64,000 bases of DNA. Origin: Macrostomum lignano (Eukaryota). Numbering within the stretch: position 1 is the first letter of the stretch; the number at the start of each line of letters is the position of its first letter. The notes beneath the pieces were generated by a model that saw only the letters and a program-made list of their open reading frames with translations, did no database searches and was not told the DNA's origin. Both the position numbers and the translations under genes were made by a program. The stretch covers positions 124,001 through 188,000 of the forward strand of contig NIVC01001894.1 of NCBI GenBank assembly GCA_002269645.1, read 5' to 3'. This document shows positions 26,901-39,279 of this stretch, one piece after another.

Positions 26901-29900
26901 GAGAAGCAGACTCAGGGACTGCTGAGTGAGCAGAGAGGCAGACTCAGGGACTGAGTGAGCGGATAGGCAGACTCAGGGACTGAGTGAGTGGATAGGCAGA
27001 CTCAGGGACTACTGAGTGAGCGGATTGGCAGACTCAGGGACTGAGTGAGCGGATAGGCAGACTCAGGGACTACTGAGTGAGCGGATAGGCAGACTCAGGG
27101 ACTGAGTGAGCGGATTGGCAGACTCAGGGACTGAGTGAGCAGAGAGGCAGACTCAGGGACTGAGTGAGCAGAGAGGCAGACTCAGGGACTGAGTGAGCAG
27201 AGAGGCAGACTCAGGGACTGAGTGAGCAGAGAGGCAGACTCAGGGACTGAGTGAGCAGAGAGGCAGACTCAGGGACTGAGTGAGCGGATAGGCAGACTCA
27301 GGGACTACTGAGTGAGCGGATAGGCAGACTCAGGGACTACTGAGTGAGCGGATAGGCAGACTCAGGGACTACTGAGTGAGCGGAGAGGCAGACTCAGGGA
27401 CTGAGTGAGCGGAGAGGCAGACTCAGGGACTACTGAGTGAGCGGATAGGCAAACTCAGGGACTGAGTGAGCGGATAGGCAAACTCAGGGACTACTGAGTG
27501 AGCAGAGAGGCAGACTCAGGGACTGAGTGAGCGGATAGGCAGACTCAGGGATTGAGTGAGCGAATAGGCAGACTCAGGGACTGAGTGCGCGGATAGGCAG
27601 ACTCAGGGACTGAGTGAGCGGATAGGCAGATTCATAGACAAGTAGTACAAATACTTTAACAGGTGAGAGGAAATCTGCACTCTTGACACCTGCTTCTGAA
27701 CAGTAAAACTTTATTTACAAACTCAACCCTTCATCAGCTCAGTTAATTACGCTCTAGTCTTTTGAAGCGGACAAATAGTTACTTCTATTTTCTAATGTCG
27801 GTTTCCTGTGTGGTCATGCGCGCGCACACTTTATGTTGTTGTCAAACATAAATGTATGCTTTAATTAACAGTAAGCGTTAACAGTAAGCTACCTTCACCT
27901 GAGACAGAGAGAGAGCACTGATGCTATCTTTCTCGTCTGGTATATTTAGAATCGTTAGTATTCTTATGAATTTTTTATTTTGGTATATTTTCTACATTCT
28001 GGTTATTTTACTTTTTTGGTTACTCACAGTAGCAGGAAACGGCGTCGTGCTCCTATATTTTAATATTTACCTTAAAATCAGTGTCTACTTTTATTATTCA
28101 TCTGTGGCGAGTGTGTGGTTCTGAAATCGTCTTTATCTGACTGTGTTGTATTGCTTCCTTGATGCATTTCACTGAAATATAATAGATTATAATTATTATT
28201 CTTAATTAGAACTTACATTTTATCGCCAATTATTTAATTTTTCCAGCCGACAGCCAGGCCAGCATTGAGTGCAGGCAGCCGATTCTGGACGGCGGCAATC
28301 AGAAGCGAGACTGTGACTTTGATGTGAGTCATTGTGGCTTTGTGGCTATGTAGCTAATCCCTGTAACCATAAAGATAATCATGCAGCTGATCCCTGTGAC
28401 CATAGAGATAATCATGTAGCTAATTCCTGTGACCATAGAGATAATCATGTAGCTAATCCCTGTGACCATAGAGATAATCATGCAGCTGATCCCTGTGACC
28501 ATAGAGATAATCATGCAGCTGATCCCTGTGACCATAGAGATAATCATGCAGCTGATCCCTGTGACCATAGAGATAATCATGCAGCTGATCCCTGTGACCA
28601 TAGAGATAATCATGCAGCTGATCCCTTTGACCATAGAGATAATCATGTAGCTAATCCCTGTGACCATAGAGATAATCATGTAGCTAATCCCTGTGACCAT
28701 AGAGATAATCATGTAGCTAATCCCTGTGACCATAGAGATAATCATGCAGCTAATCCCTGTGATCATAGAGATAATCATGCAGCTAATCCCTGTGATCATA
28801 AAAATATATTCCCCCGGACCGCAACACCGCCAGCCGGAGCCGCAGTGTGCGGACGAGACCTGCCAGTCTCCACCGCCGCCGCCGCCAACAACGCTGACCC
28901 GCTCGCCAACCTCCGAGCTCGCCGACGCCCTGGCAGCCCCGGACGGTCCCAGCCTTCGGCGAGTCACTTCGCTGCGTCAACGTCGCCTGCTCGACTTCTT
29001 CCTAGTGATGGCCGTCTGCAACTCTGTGGTTGTGTCGATTGACCAGCCGGCCTCGGAGTCGGCCGCCGATTCCACGGCCACTTCCGCTACTTCAGTTGAC
29101 AGCGCCGTCAAACGATGGAAACGCCAGGTTTGGCGCCGAAAAGCGCCGCCGGCTGCGTCGTCGGAATTGTCGGCCTCGGCTGCGGTGGCGGCGTCTGCAG
29201 CGCCGACGCCGTCGTTGACGCCGTCGCCGACCCCGCCAACACCGCTGGTGCTGGAGACCGATCAGCTGTCAGCTGGCACGCCGGAGCCGTGTCGGTACAC
29301 GGACGCCGAGCTGACCAAGGCCTACGTGGCCGAGAGTCCAGACGAAGCCGCCCTGGTCCGGGCCGCGTGCCGCAGCGGCTGCAAGCTGGTGCAGCGGGAC
29401 GCCGACTCCTGCCTGGTCTGGCTGCCAGCCGACGGTCACGTCCGCCTGCCGCTGCTCTGCGTTATGCCGTTCGACGCCGACCGGAAGCGGATGTCGGTGC
29501 TAGTGAGGGACCCGGCCACCAACCGGCCAATGCTGCTAACTAAAGGTGCCGATTGCGCTGTGCTGGACCGGCTCCGGCCGTCCGACCCGGCTGATACGGA
29601 CTCGGACGCTGACCGGGTGCTGCTGCTCACCCGGCTTCACATGGAACAGTACTCCGTGGCCGGCCTGCGCACCCTGTGTCTGGCTGTCCGCTACCTGGAC
29701 GAGGCCGAGTACGCCGATTGGCTGGCCGAGTACACCCTGGCTCAGCGGCGCATCCAGGGCCGGGAGGCCGCGATGGCACGGGCGTTCGACCGGTTAGAGG
29801 CCGGTCTGGAGCTGCTGGGCGCCACCGGCGTCGAGGACCGGCTGCAGGAGGGCGCTGCGGACACCGTGGCCGCGCTGCGAGAGGCCGGCATCAGCGTCTG

Positions 29901-32900
29901 GGTGCTCACCGGAGACAAGCAGGAAACTGCCGTGCAGGTGCGAGACCGTCTGGACAGGCATATTGAGTCTTTTGAGTCTGGACAGGCATATTGAGTCTTT
30001 TGAGTCTGGACAGGCATATTGAGTCTTTTGAGCCTGGACAGGCATATTGAGTCTTTTGAGCCTGGGCGGGCATATTGAGTCTTTTGAGCCTGGGCGGGCA
30101 TATTGAGTCTTTTGAGCCTGGGCGGGCATGTTGAGTCTTTGAGTCTAGGCGGGCATTGAGAATTTTGCCCCCCACATAGTCAGCTTAGCCCTGTTTGTAC
30201 AAGCTGTATACAGCTCTTGGATACGCCTCGCAGCTGCTGCAGTCAACGGTTTAAATGGTACTGCAGTCAGAGGGGATGTGAATGATACTGCAGTCAGAGG
30301 GGATGTGAATGATACTGCAGTCAGAGGGGATGTGAATGATACTGCAGTCAGAGGGGATGTGAATGATACTGCAGTCAGGGGGATGTGAATGATACTGCAG
30401 TCAGAGAGGATGTGAATGATACTGCAGTCAAGGGGATGTGAATGATACTGCAGTCAGAGGGGATTTGAATGATACTGCAGTCAGAGGGGATGTGAATGAT
30501 ACTGCAGTCAGAGAGGATGTGAATGATACTGCAGTCAAGGGGATGTGAATGATACTGCAGTCAGAGGGGATGTGAATGATACTGCAGTCAAGGGGATGTG
30601 AATGATACTGCAGTCAGAGGGGATGTGAATGATACTGCAGTCAAGGGGATGTGAATGATACTGCAGTCAAGGGGATGTGAATGATAGTGCAGTCAGTGGG
30701 AATGTGAATTTTGCAATCGATACTGTATTGGTATTGTTAAACTGCAGGTATCGCAGATCACTAGGCAGAATTGTGCCAGCCCAGAGAGCTAGTGATACTA
30801 AGAGTTAGGTCTGCTGTTTGCCTATACTCCGAACAGTAGAGTGACTAAAACTCAACACTCACTCTCAGGTCGGCCATGCCTGCCGCCTGCTCACCGAAGG
30901 CCAACAGCTGTTGACGCTGGTCGCGGATTCTCCCGCCGAGGCTGGCGACCGGGTTCGCCGCTGGCTTCGCGAACTGGACGTGGCCTACAGGCCGGCCTAT
31001 CAGATCCGGCAGCGTCGGGCTCGGCCAGCTGTACGCGACGGCGTCGCCCTGGTGCTGGACGGCCGGGCACTGCGCCACTGCCTAGACGAGTTGGTCAGCT
31101 GCGATTTCCTACTGCTAGCTGAGCAGTGCTCAAGCGTGCTCTGCTGCCGGACTACGCCTAGCCAAAAGGCCGCCGTGGTCGGCCTGGTCAAGGAGAGCCT
31201 CGGCATGCAGACTCTGGCCATCGGCGACGGCGCCAACGATGTCAGCATGATCCAGACGGCCGATATTGGCGTCGGCATCTCCGGCCAGGAGGGCATGCAG
31301 GCCGTCATGGCTGCCGACTTTTCTCTGGCTAGGTTTCGCTTTTTAAAGAAGCTGCTGCTAGTGCACGGGCACTGGTGCTACGACCGGCTGGCTAGGATGT
31401 CTCTGTACCTGTTCTACAAGAACTGCGTCTATATTATGATGCTGTTCTGGTATCAGCTTTTCAATGGCTTTAGCGGACAGGTAGGTACAATATGGCTGGC
31501 TTTATTTGAGTGTGTGAATTGATTTTTCCGGTTTCGCATAATATTAGTTTGAATAAATATTGAAACGTTTCGAAATATCAGTTAACAAATGTTTAATGAA
31601 TATCGAAGTTAACTGCTGCAGAAGCAGAAAAAGCAGTTGTTGCAAGCAGCAATAGAATTCAGATTTTAGCAATGTTGCAGAAGCAGGTATTAACAATGTT
31701 GCAGAAGAATTCATTAGCATTGTTGCAGAAGAATTCATTAGCATTGTTGCAGAAGAAGACATTAGCATTGTTGCAGAAGAAGTCATTAGCATTGTTGCAG
31801 AAGCAGATATCAGCAATCTTGCAGAAAAAGTCATTAGCATTGTTGCAGAAGAAGTCATTAGCATTGTTGCAGAAGCAGATATTAGCAATCTTGCAGAGGA
31901 AGTCATTAGCATTGTTGCAGAAGAAGACATTAGCAATGTTGCAGAAGACATTAGCATTGTTGCAGAAGAAGACATTAGCATTGTTGCAGAAGCAGATATT
32001 AGCAATGTTGCAAAAGAAAACCATTAGCAATGTTGCAGAAAAAATCATAAGAATTGTTGCAGAAGAAGACATTAGCAAGATTTTAAAACCCAACCTGGGT
32101 CCCAAAAACAGGTAAACATCGGCCAGGTGTACCAGATCTGTTTCAATCTAACTATGACGTCACTGGGCCCGCTAGTTATCGGCATATTGGACAGGCACCT
32201 GAGCGCAGAGATTCTCATGGCTAATCCGGTGCTGTACACGGACGCTCAGAATTGCCGCAGCTATCTGCCCTGGCATTTCTGGCTCAACATACTAGACGCT
32301 GTTTGGCAATCTCTTGTCGTCTTCTTTGTTGCCTATCTCGGCGCTATGGATACGGACTGCGGCATTTGGAGCTTCGGCGACACCGTGGTCAGCGCCGGGG
32401 TCATCACCGCTGTGGCGCACAACGCGCTGGAGGTGCGCGGCTGGACCGGCCTGCACTGGTTTGCGCTGCTGGGTGAGTTGGGCTTCGCTTGGCGTAGCTG
32501 ACAGCTTTCCGGGCTTGTGTATGGGTGCCTAGTTAATACAGGTTATGGTAGGCGTGCTTCTGCGTTTGTTAGGATTCTAGATTGATGAAGAATCTGCTTT
32601 TATGGGGATTATGAGTTGATAAGGATTATGAGTTGATAGGGATTATGAGTTGTTAGGTAATATGAGTTGATAAGGATTATGAGTTGTTAGGTAATATGAG
32701 TTGATAAGGATTATGAGTTGATAAGGATTATGAGTTGATAGCGATTATGAGTTGATAAGGATTATGAGTTGATAAGGATTATGAGTTGATAAGGATTATG
32801 AGTTGATAGGTATTGAGTTGATAAGGATTGTGAGTTGATAAGGATTATGAGTTGATAGAGATTATGAGTTGATAGGGATTTTGAGTTGATAAGGATTATG

Positions 32901-35582
32901 AGTTGATAGGTATTGAGTTGATAAGGATTGTGAGTTGATAAGGATTATGAGTTGATAGAGATTATGAGTTGATAGGGATTTTGAGTTGATAAGGATTATG
33001 AGTGGATAAGGATTATGAGTTGATAAGGATTATGAGTAGATAAGGATTATGAGTTGATAGGTATTGAGTTGATAGGGATTGTGAGTTGATAGGGATTATG
33101 AGTTGATAGGGATTATGAGTTGATAAGGATTATGAGTAGATAAGGATTATGAGTTGATAGGTATTGAGTTGATAGGGATTGTGAGTTGATAGGGATTGAG
33201 TTGATAAGGATTATGAGTTGATAAGGATTATGAGTAGATAAGGATTATGAGTTGATAGGGATTATGAGTTGATAAGGATGAGTTATGAGTTGATACCTAT
33301 CCTAAGAGTTGATAGGTATTGAGTTGATAGGGATTGTGAGTTGATAGGGATTGTGAGTTGATAGGAATTATGAGTTGATAAGGATTATGAGTTGATAGGG
33401 ATTGTGAGTTGATAGGGATTATGAGTTGATAGGGATTGTGAGTTGATAGGGATTGTGAGTTGATAGGGATTATGAGTTGATAGGCATTATGAATTGATAA
33501 GGATTATGAGTTGATAGGGATTGAGTTGATAGGGATTATGAGTTGATAGGGATTATGAGTTGATAGGGATTATGAGTTGATAGGGATTATGAGTTGATAG
33601 GGATTATGAGTTGATAGGGATTATGAGTTGATAGGGATTATGAGTTGATAAGGATTATGAGTTGATAGGGATTGTGAGTTGATAGGGATTGTGAGTTGAT
33701 AGGGATTATGAGTTGATAGGCATTATGAATTGATAAGGATTATGAGTTGATAGGGATTGAGTTGATAGGGATTATGAGTTGATAGGGATTATGAGTTGAT
33801 AAGGATTATGAGTTGATAGGGATTGTGAGTTGATAGGGATTGTGAGTTGATATGGATTTTGAGTTTTATATAGTAGGGACTCTGAGTTAATACAATTTAT
33901 TTAATTGATTGAATTTCTCAGCCAATTAAGATTCTGGATTGATGATGAGGAATCTGTTGGATGTTCCGCTGCTCAAGCACCCAAAAAATGGCGATCGCTT
34001 AAATCCCCATTTCATCTTTTCCTTTCGTACAACAGGTAGCCCTCTAATCGCCTGGTTCGCCTTCGCCATCGTGCTAAACCTGGTCTGCACCAACTGCCTG
34101 CACCCGGACAACCCCTATTACGTAATTGTGCACGGCCTGACCACCGCCCGGTTCTGGCTGCCCCAGCTGCTGGCCCCGGTGCTGGCGCTCACGCCCAGGC
34201 TGTGCGTGCGCGCCTATCGGAACACTACGCGCTCGAATCTGACTGCCCAGGTCTGGCCCTAAAGGGGGGTGGCGCTAATTAATAGTACTTAAGTTAGACA
34301 CCTAACTGAGCAGTCGATGTAGAGACAGTCATCACAGATACTATAAATAGATGGGTCCGCGACATTTCACTGCCCCAATGTGACTGGTGATCCTAACCAT
34401 AATAATAATTTAATAATAATTGATTACACCTGCCCCAATTGGGCCAGATGTGCAACCGACAGCTCAGCCGCAGCCATTGCGCGGCGCATCTGAAGGCTGC
34501 GTACGGCTGTTCAGTCCAAGGGTCGCCACACACAGCCTCAATTACCCCAGCTAATGCTGGCACCCATTTTACAGCTGGGTGAACTGAAGCAATGCAGAGT
34601 TAAGTCTCTTACTCAAGGACACAAATTGTTCCTAGTGGGTCGAGAATCGAACCCCCGACCTTTCAGTCGTGAGTCCGACTCTCTAACCACATAGGCTGCA
34701 ACCCCGTCTTTCAGTTCAGTAGAAGCATCTTAATGTACTTTAGGACAAGAATTTCAAGACTTTTCACGCTAAATGAGTGCCGATACCTCGAGGCACAGAG
34801 GGTGTACACCCCGTGTGAGCGGTGCCTGTGAATGTATATCCGTCTGTATGCTCAGAGTTCAGCAAAAATAGGCAATTATTCCCCGGCTCTCTCATCAGGC
34901 TTTGCGCCATCAGTCATCGGCCGCGTCCACTCGTTCTACCAAGCCCGCCTGGCTTCTATCGCCGTCGGCTGCGACTCGCCGTCGAAACGGCGGCGGCAGC
35001 AGCGGTGACGCTGTCGAATTGGCCACCGCTGGCAACTTCGACGGAGCGGCGGTGGCCACCGGAGCCGCTGGCATCATCTCTGTTGGCGGCGAAGTCGGCC
35101 TATCGACCAGCAGCGACCCGCACCGACTGCCGCTGCAAACTCGGCCGCGGACTTTTCCGGGCCCGCCGCCTACGGCTGCCGCTCTCACAGCGCTGTCGTC
35201 TCGCAGTCTGTCGTTTTTAGTCCGCGGCAACGGCAGCGGCGTCGGGGGCGGTCGTCGGGTTCGAACTCGAAGCGCCTCTTCGGCGGCGGCAACGGCGGCT
35301 GCTGGACGCCGGGCCAGCTGGCGGCATCGCAGCAGCGCAGGCGGCAACGGCGCCGACTGGCCGATCGCGCTTGACGGAGCGGCCACGGCGCCGCCTCAGC
35401 GCCGCAGTAAAAGCGTTTGCTCCCGTCCTGCTGCTGCTGCCTCCGCCACCGCTACTCCGGCCACTGCTGCCGCCCCCGCCGCCGCTGCAGCCGTTGTCTC
35501 CTCGGACGACAGCGCGGCTACCATGTGCGACTCCGGCAGTGACAGCTGCGGCGCCGTTCCCTGCACCACCACCAGATGCTGA
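17708..35582 (+). CDS. ATP10: P4-type ATPase phospholipid flippase, ATP10A/B/D class (~1459 aa, 12 exons)
   Basis: Exons 17708-18310, 22341-22420, 23041-23153, 24739-24870, 24955-25085, 25433-25700, 28247-28323, ~28834-29937, 30869-31480, 32112-32472, 34036-34250, 34899-35582. All are AG/GT bounded and phase-compatible (4380 nt). Motifs: [47 protein letters not shown]. The exon 8 acceptor is uncertain. Confidence 0.9.
18590..18800 (-). mobile_element. SINE group 2 copy whose head is replaced by the 38-bp array and LTR
   Basis: Shares GGCCAACCCCC..AGAGTGTACATGC..AGGGCCGCTGTACACCCTGTGTGAG with the copies at 42.0-42.3 kb and 53.3-53.6 kb. Confidence 0.6.
18797..20045. repeat. 38-bp minisatellite split by a solo LTR (arms 18797-18952 and 19948-20045)
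   Basis: Unit GGAATCAAACCAAGGACTACTCAAGTAGGAGGATGCAC. Confidence 0.9.
18953..19947 (-). mobile_element. Solo LTR (995 bp), probably Gypsy-type
   Basis: TG..CA ends with a short inverted repeat (TGAAGT/ACTACA) and 4-bp TSD CACG (18949-18952, 19948-19951). TATAAATAGG lies on the minus strand near 19395. An internal direct repeat contains TGACGTCA. Confidence 0.8.
20972..21550. repeat. 41-44-bp minisatellite (ATPase intron 1)
   Basis: Unit CTTCTACCCTTGCATCGGTGCAACCTGAGGTCATTGAGTGG. Confidence 0.9.
22561..22958. mobile_element. Putative short TIR element in ATPase intron 2
   Basis: Perfect 17-bp inverted repeat CGCAGGCACACGAAATT (22561-22577) and AATTTCGTGTGCCTGCG (22942-22958). No TSD found. 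Confidence 0.45.
23388..23945. repeat. (TCTG)n microsatellite with TTAG variants
   Basis: Read directly from the sequence. Confidence 0.95.
24352..24640. repeat. Compound 34-bp then 29-bp minisatellite
   Basis: CAGATCCTCAGTTGCTGGGCCACCGTCACCCTCA followed by CAGATCCTCAGGCCGAGCAGCCTCACTCC. Confidence 0.85.
25790..26075 (-). mobile_element. tRNA-derived SINE group 1 (CORE-like domain)
   Basis: The reverse complement reads TAGCCTAGTGG (A box), GGTTCGATTCT (B box), then GTGTCCTTAAGTAAGAGACTTAACTC..CCAGCTGTAAAATGGG. Near-identical to 34427-34704. Confidence 0.85.
26905..27630. repeat. 29/32-bp minisatellite (ATPase intron 6)
   Basis: Unit GACTCAGGGACTGAGTGAGCGGATAGGCA. Confidence 0.9.
28350..28800. 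repeat. 33-bp minisatellite (ATPase intron 7)
   Basis: Unit CCCTGTGACCATAGAGATAATCATGCAGCTGAT. Confidence 0.9.
29948..30150. repeat. 28-bp minisatellite starting ~10 bp after the exon 8 donor
   Basis: Unit GGACAGGCATATTGAGTCTTTTGAGTCT. Confidence 0.85.
30258..30710. repeat. 26-27-bp minisatellite
   Basis: Unit GATACTGCAGTCAGAGGGGATGTGAAT. Confidence 0.9.
31665..32075. repeat. 24-bp minisatellite (ATPase intron 9)
   Basis: Unit TTAGCATTGTTGCAGAAGAAGTCA. Confidence 0.9.
32605..33865. repeat. 18-bp minisatellite (ATPase intron 10)
   Basis: Unit GATTATGAGTTGATA(A/G)GG. Confidence 0.95.
34427..34704 (-). mobile_element. tRNA-derived SINE group 1 (CORE-like)
   Basis: Same sequence as 25790-26075, with a (TAA)n-type tail at 34395-34425. 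Confidence 0.85.
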
Positions 35583-35689
35583 CGGCTGACTGGCTGATTT
35601 GAGAGCTTGATTGATTCATTCATTAACTAAAGTGTTATTAAATCAACCGATACTTTAGCTAAATTGCTTTCACTTCTAAGTAGCTGCTC

Positions 35690-36165
35690 GACTGTCTCTT
35701 GTCCTTCAGCAGCTGCCTCACTGCCTCCAACTTGTCCTTCAGCAGCTGCCTCACTGCCTCCAACTTGTCCTTCAGCAGCTGCCTCACTGCCTCCAACTTG
35801 TCCTTCAGCAGCTGCCCCCAACGCCTCCATCTTGTCCCTCAGCGGCTGCCCCCAACGCCTCCATCTTGTCCCTCAGCGGCTGCCCCCACGCCTCCATCTT
35901 GTCCCTCAGCGGCTGCCCCCAACGCCTCCATCTTGTCCCTCAGCGGCTGCCCCCAACGCCTCCATCTTGTCCCTCAGCGGCTGCCCCAACGCCTCCATCT
36001 TGTCCCTCAGCGGCTGCCCCCAACGCCTCCATCTTGTCCCTCAGCGGCTGCCCCCACCGCCTCCATCTTGTCCCTCAGCGGCTGCCCCCAACGCCTCCAT
36101 CTTGTCCCTCAGCGGCTGCCCCGCAAGCGGCTGCTCCATCTTGTCCCTCAGCGGCTGCCCCACCG
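35690..36165. repeat. 33-34-bp minisatellite just 3' of the ATPase stop
   Basis: Unit CCTCCATCTTGTCCCTCAGCGGCTGCCCCCAACG. Confidence 0.9.
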
Positions 36166-36974
36166 CCCCTATATTCCTTGAGATACAGCTCTGTAATTTA
36201 TTGATTTGCAGACTAACATAACGGAAATTTCACAAATACCCAGACTCAATGCTTTCCATACCAAACCGATAAGTTCGCTAACGTATTCATATTGAAATGT
36301 TTTATTAGCTGAGACAGTCGCACATTTCTGTTAGCGCAATATCCAAGACACTATGGTGCATTCTGTATTATTTATTATTCATTTATTCAATTTGACAATT
36401 ATATCAAACTTTCAACACACTCTACTCAATATTATTATTACTATTAGGTTTCTATAATCAGCATTTGTGTTTGCATCAGTGCATTCTGTTTATAACCCTG
36501 TAATTGTTAGAGTTTATACCTATTGTCTTGTCTCGTATGCGTCTTAGCTTATGTATAAATAATATGTACTTCTATTACTCTGTATTACTATTACTATACT
36601 AATTAATGCACAATCGCACAGACTTAATAATTCCCACAATTATTAATTATTGCTACGGAAACCGCACCTGTTTAGATGTAAATGCATATGATTGAAGATA
36701 TTATTTTTATTACCTTTTTGTTTCTTCTCACAGCCGGAGTTGAGAAGGCTGGAATAGCTGGCGCGGCTGTCTAACCGGATGCTTTGTTAAATTAGCTTTT
36801 CTTACCGTGATTACTGCAATCATATTGTATTATTATTAACTTCTTTGTGGTACGCTTGTACTATTTTACAAGTATTTTCTATTCTATTCGAGACAGTTGT
36901 GTTTTTTTAGATAATTGGCGGTTTGTGTATTGTACTACACATGATGTTTTCTTTGTTCATTGGTTTTTAGCATA

Positions 36975-37620
36975 CTGTGCCAGCCTGGGGTTGCCAGCTT
37001 GGGGGTTGCCAGCTTGGGGGTTGCCAGCTTGGGGTTGCCAGCTTGAGGGTTGCCAGCTTGGGGGTTGCCAGCTTGGGGTTGCCAGCTTGGGGGTTGCCAG
37101 CCTGGGGTTGCCAGCTTGGGGATTGCCAGCTTGAGGGTTGCCAGCTTGGGGATTGCCAGCTTGAGGGTTGCCAGCTTGGGGGTTGCCAGCTTGAGGGTTG
37201 CCAGCTTGGGGGTTGCCAGCTTGGGGTTGCCAGCTTGGGGGTTGCCAGCTTGGGGTTGCCAGCTTGAGGGTTGCCAGCCTGGGGTTGCCAGCTTGGGGAT
37301 TGCCAGCTTGAGGGTTGCCAGCTTGGGGATTGCCAGCTTGAGGGTTGCCAGCTTGGGGGTTGCCAGCCTGGGGTTGCCAGCTTGGGGATTGCCAGCTTGA
37401 GGGTTGCCAGCTTGGGGATTGCCAGCTTGAGGGTTGCCAGCTTGGGGGTTGCCAGCTTGAGGGTTGCCAGCTTGGGGGTTGCCAGCTTGAGGTTGCCAGC
37501 TTGAGGTTGCCAGCTTGAGGGTTGCCAGCTTGGGGGTTGCCAGCTTGAGGGTTCTGCCAGCTTGAGGGTTCTGCCAGCTTGAGGGTTCTGCCAGCTTGAG
37601 GGTTCTGCCAGCTTGAGGGT
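36975..37620. repeat. 15-16-bp minisatellite
   Basis: Unit TTGCCAGCTT(G/GA)GGG. Confidence 0.9.
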
Positions 37621-38294
37621 CCAGCTTTGGGGTTTTGGAGCTGCCAGCTTGAAAATGTCTAGTTTAGGGCTGCAAGCCAGAGTATTTCTACTTGTAATTG
37701 CCTCAAGCATTATCAGTGCAGCGCAGTCCCTGGCTCAGTGTGTAGGCAATGTGTATCGCATATTAATTTTGCTCTTTCATTTAGCAAATCTATTCTATCA
37801 GTTTTATTCTATACGCAATATTTTTCAGAGCTAAAAATAGTATTTCCAGAGCTCATTAGCGGCCAGTCAATGACATGGGCATCACGCCTGGTAGCAGTCT
37901 TTGCGTATTCTATATAATGCCCTTTTGGGGCTTTTTAAAACTTTGTTTCTGATCTTTTTAACACAGAAAGTAACCGTTTTGTTTACTTTTTATTGACAGT
38001 TATTTTTCATCGATAAGTACCCCATGTACTTTTTTTTGGCTTCACCGGCACCAGCTGGTGGAGCTCGGTAGAGTTTGGTTGGATGATGCTTTTTAGTCTG
38101 TCATTCCGGCAGTTTGTGTTTTTACATAAATTTAACTGATGAAAAATACAATTCCGCATATATCTATTATACTGTGTTCAGAACTCCTGAAATGCTTTCG
38201 ATGAGCACTAAGAATGCAACGAATACTGATAAAATCAATTTCTGCGGTTCTTTGCTGCTCGCGCTTCATTTATTTGCTACTTCACCACCGCCCA

Positions 38295-38940
38295 CCGCCT
38301 CCACGTTGTTCCTCAGCAGCTGCTCCACCGCCTCCATCTTGTCCCTCAGCGGCTGCCCCCAACGCCTCCATCTTGTCCCTCAGCGGCTGCCCCCAACGCC
38401 TCCATCTTGTCCCTCAGCGGCTGCCCCAACGCCTCCATCTTGTCCCTCAGCGGCTGCCCCCAACGCCTCCATCTTGTCCCTCAGCGGCTGCCCCAACGCC
38501 TCCATCTTGTCCCTCAGCGGCTGCCCCCAACGCCTCCATCTTGTCCCTCAGCGGCTGCCCCCAACGCCTCCATCTTGTCCCTCAGCGGCTGCCCCCAACG
38601 CCTCCATCTTGTCCCTCAGCGGCTGCCCCCAACGCCTCCATCTTGTCCCTCAGCGGCTGCCCCCAACACCTCCATCTTGTCCCTCAGCGGCTGCCCCCAA
38701 CACCTCCATCTTGTCCCTCAGCGGCTGCCCCAACACCTCCATCTTGTCCCTCAGCGGCTGCCCCCAACACCTCCATCTTGTCCCTCAGCGGCTGCCCCCA
38801 ACACCTCCATCTTGTCCCTCAGCGGCTGCCCCCAACACCTCCATCTTGTCCCTCAGCGGCTGCCCCCAACACCTCCATCTTGTCCCTCAGCGGCTGCCCC
38901 GAACACCTCCATCTTGTCCCTCAGCGGCTGCCCCCAACAC
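38295..38940. repeat. 33-34-bp minisatellite with the same unit as 35690-36165
   Basis: Unit CCTCCATCTTGTCCCTCAGCGGCTGCCCCCAAC(G/A). Confidence 0.9.
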
Positions 38941-39279
38941 CTAGTCCTAGTTCAAAAATTTTATGTCGTTTATTGCGCAGCAGAAAATGCCAAGTGTGGT
39001 TTTATTTTATTAAAATGAGATTTATCGCTATTTAGCTTTTACTTTCAGCATTTTTCACACTAATATTAAATTAGCTGCAATTAAATATAAATTATAGCGA
39101 TTATATGTAGTGAAGCTATACTACCAACTCAGCTGATATTTTAATGCGCAATATGTGATGACATTTACTGCACTCTAGTATGTATATATTGTACACAATC
39201 GCAGAGCCAAGAAGAGAGCAGTAATCATTATCTGACAATCGCCAAGGCTCTTGAGAAAATACGAATCAGCAGCGCAACT

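Noticed and set aside
29030-31308. Overlapping and antisense ORFs across GC-rich exons (also 34910-35386, 39964-40311, 41362-41914, 55414-55975, 61543-62840)
   Set aside because: Shadow frames of GC-rich coding exons with few stop codons and no recognisable motifs.
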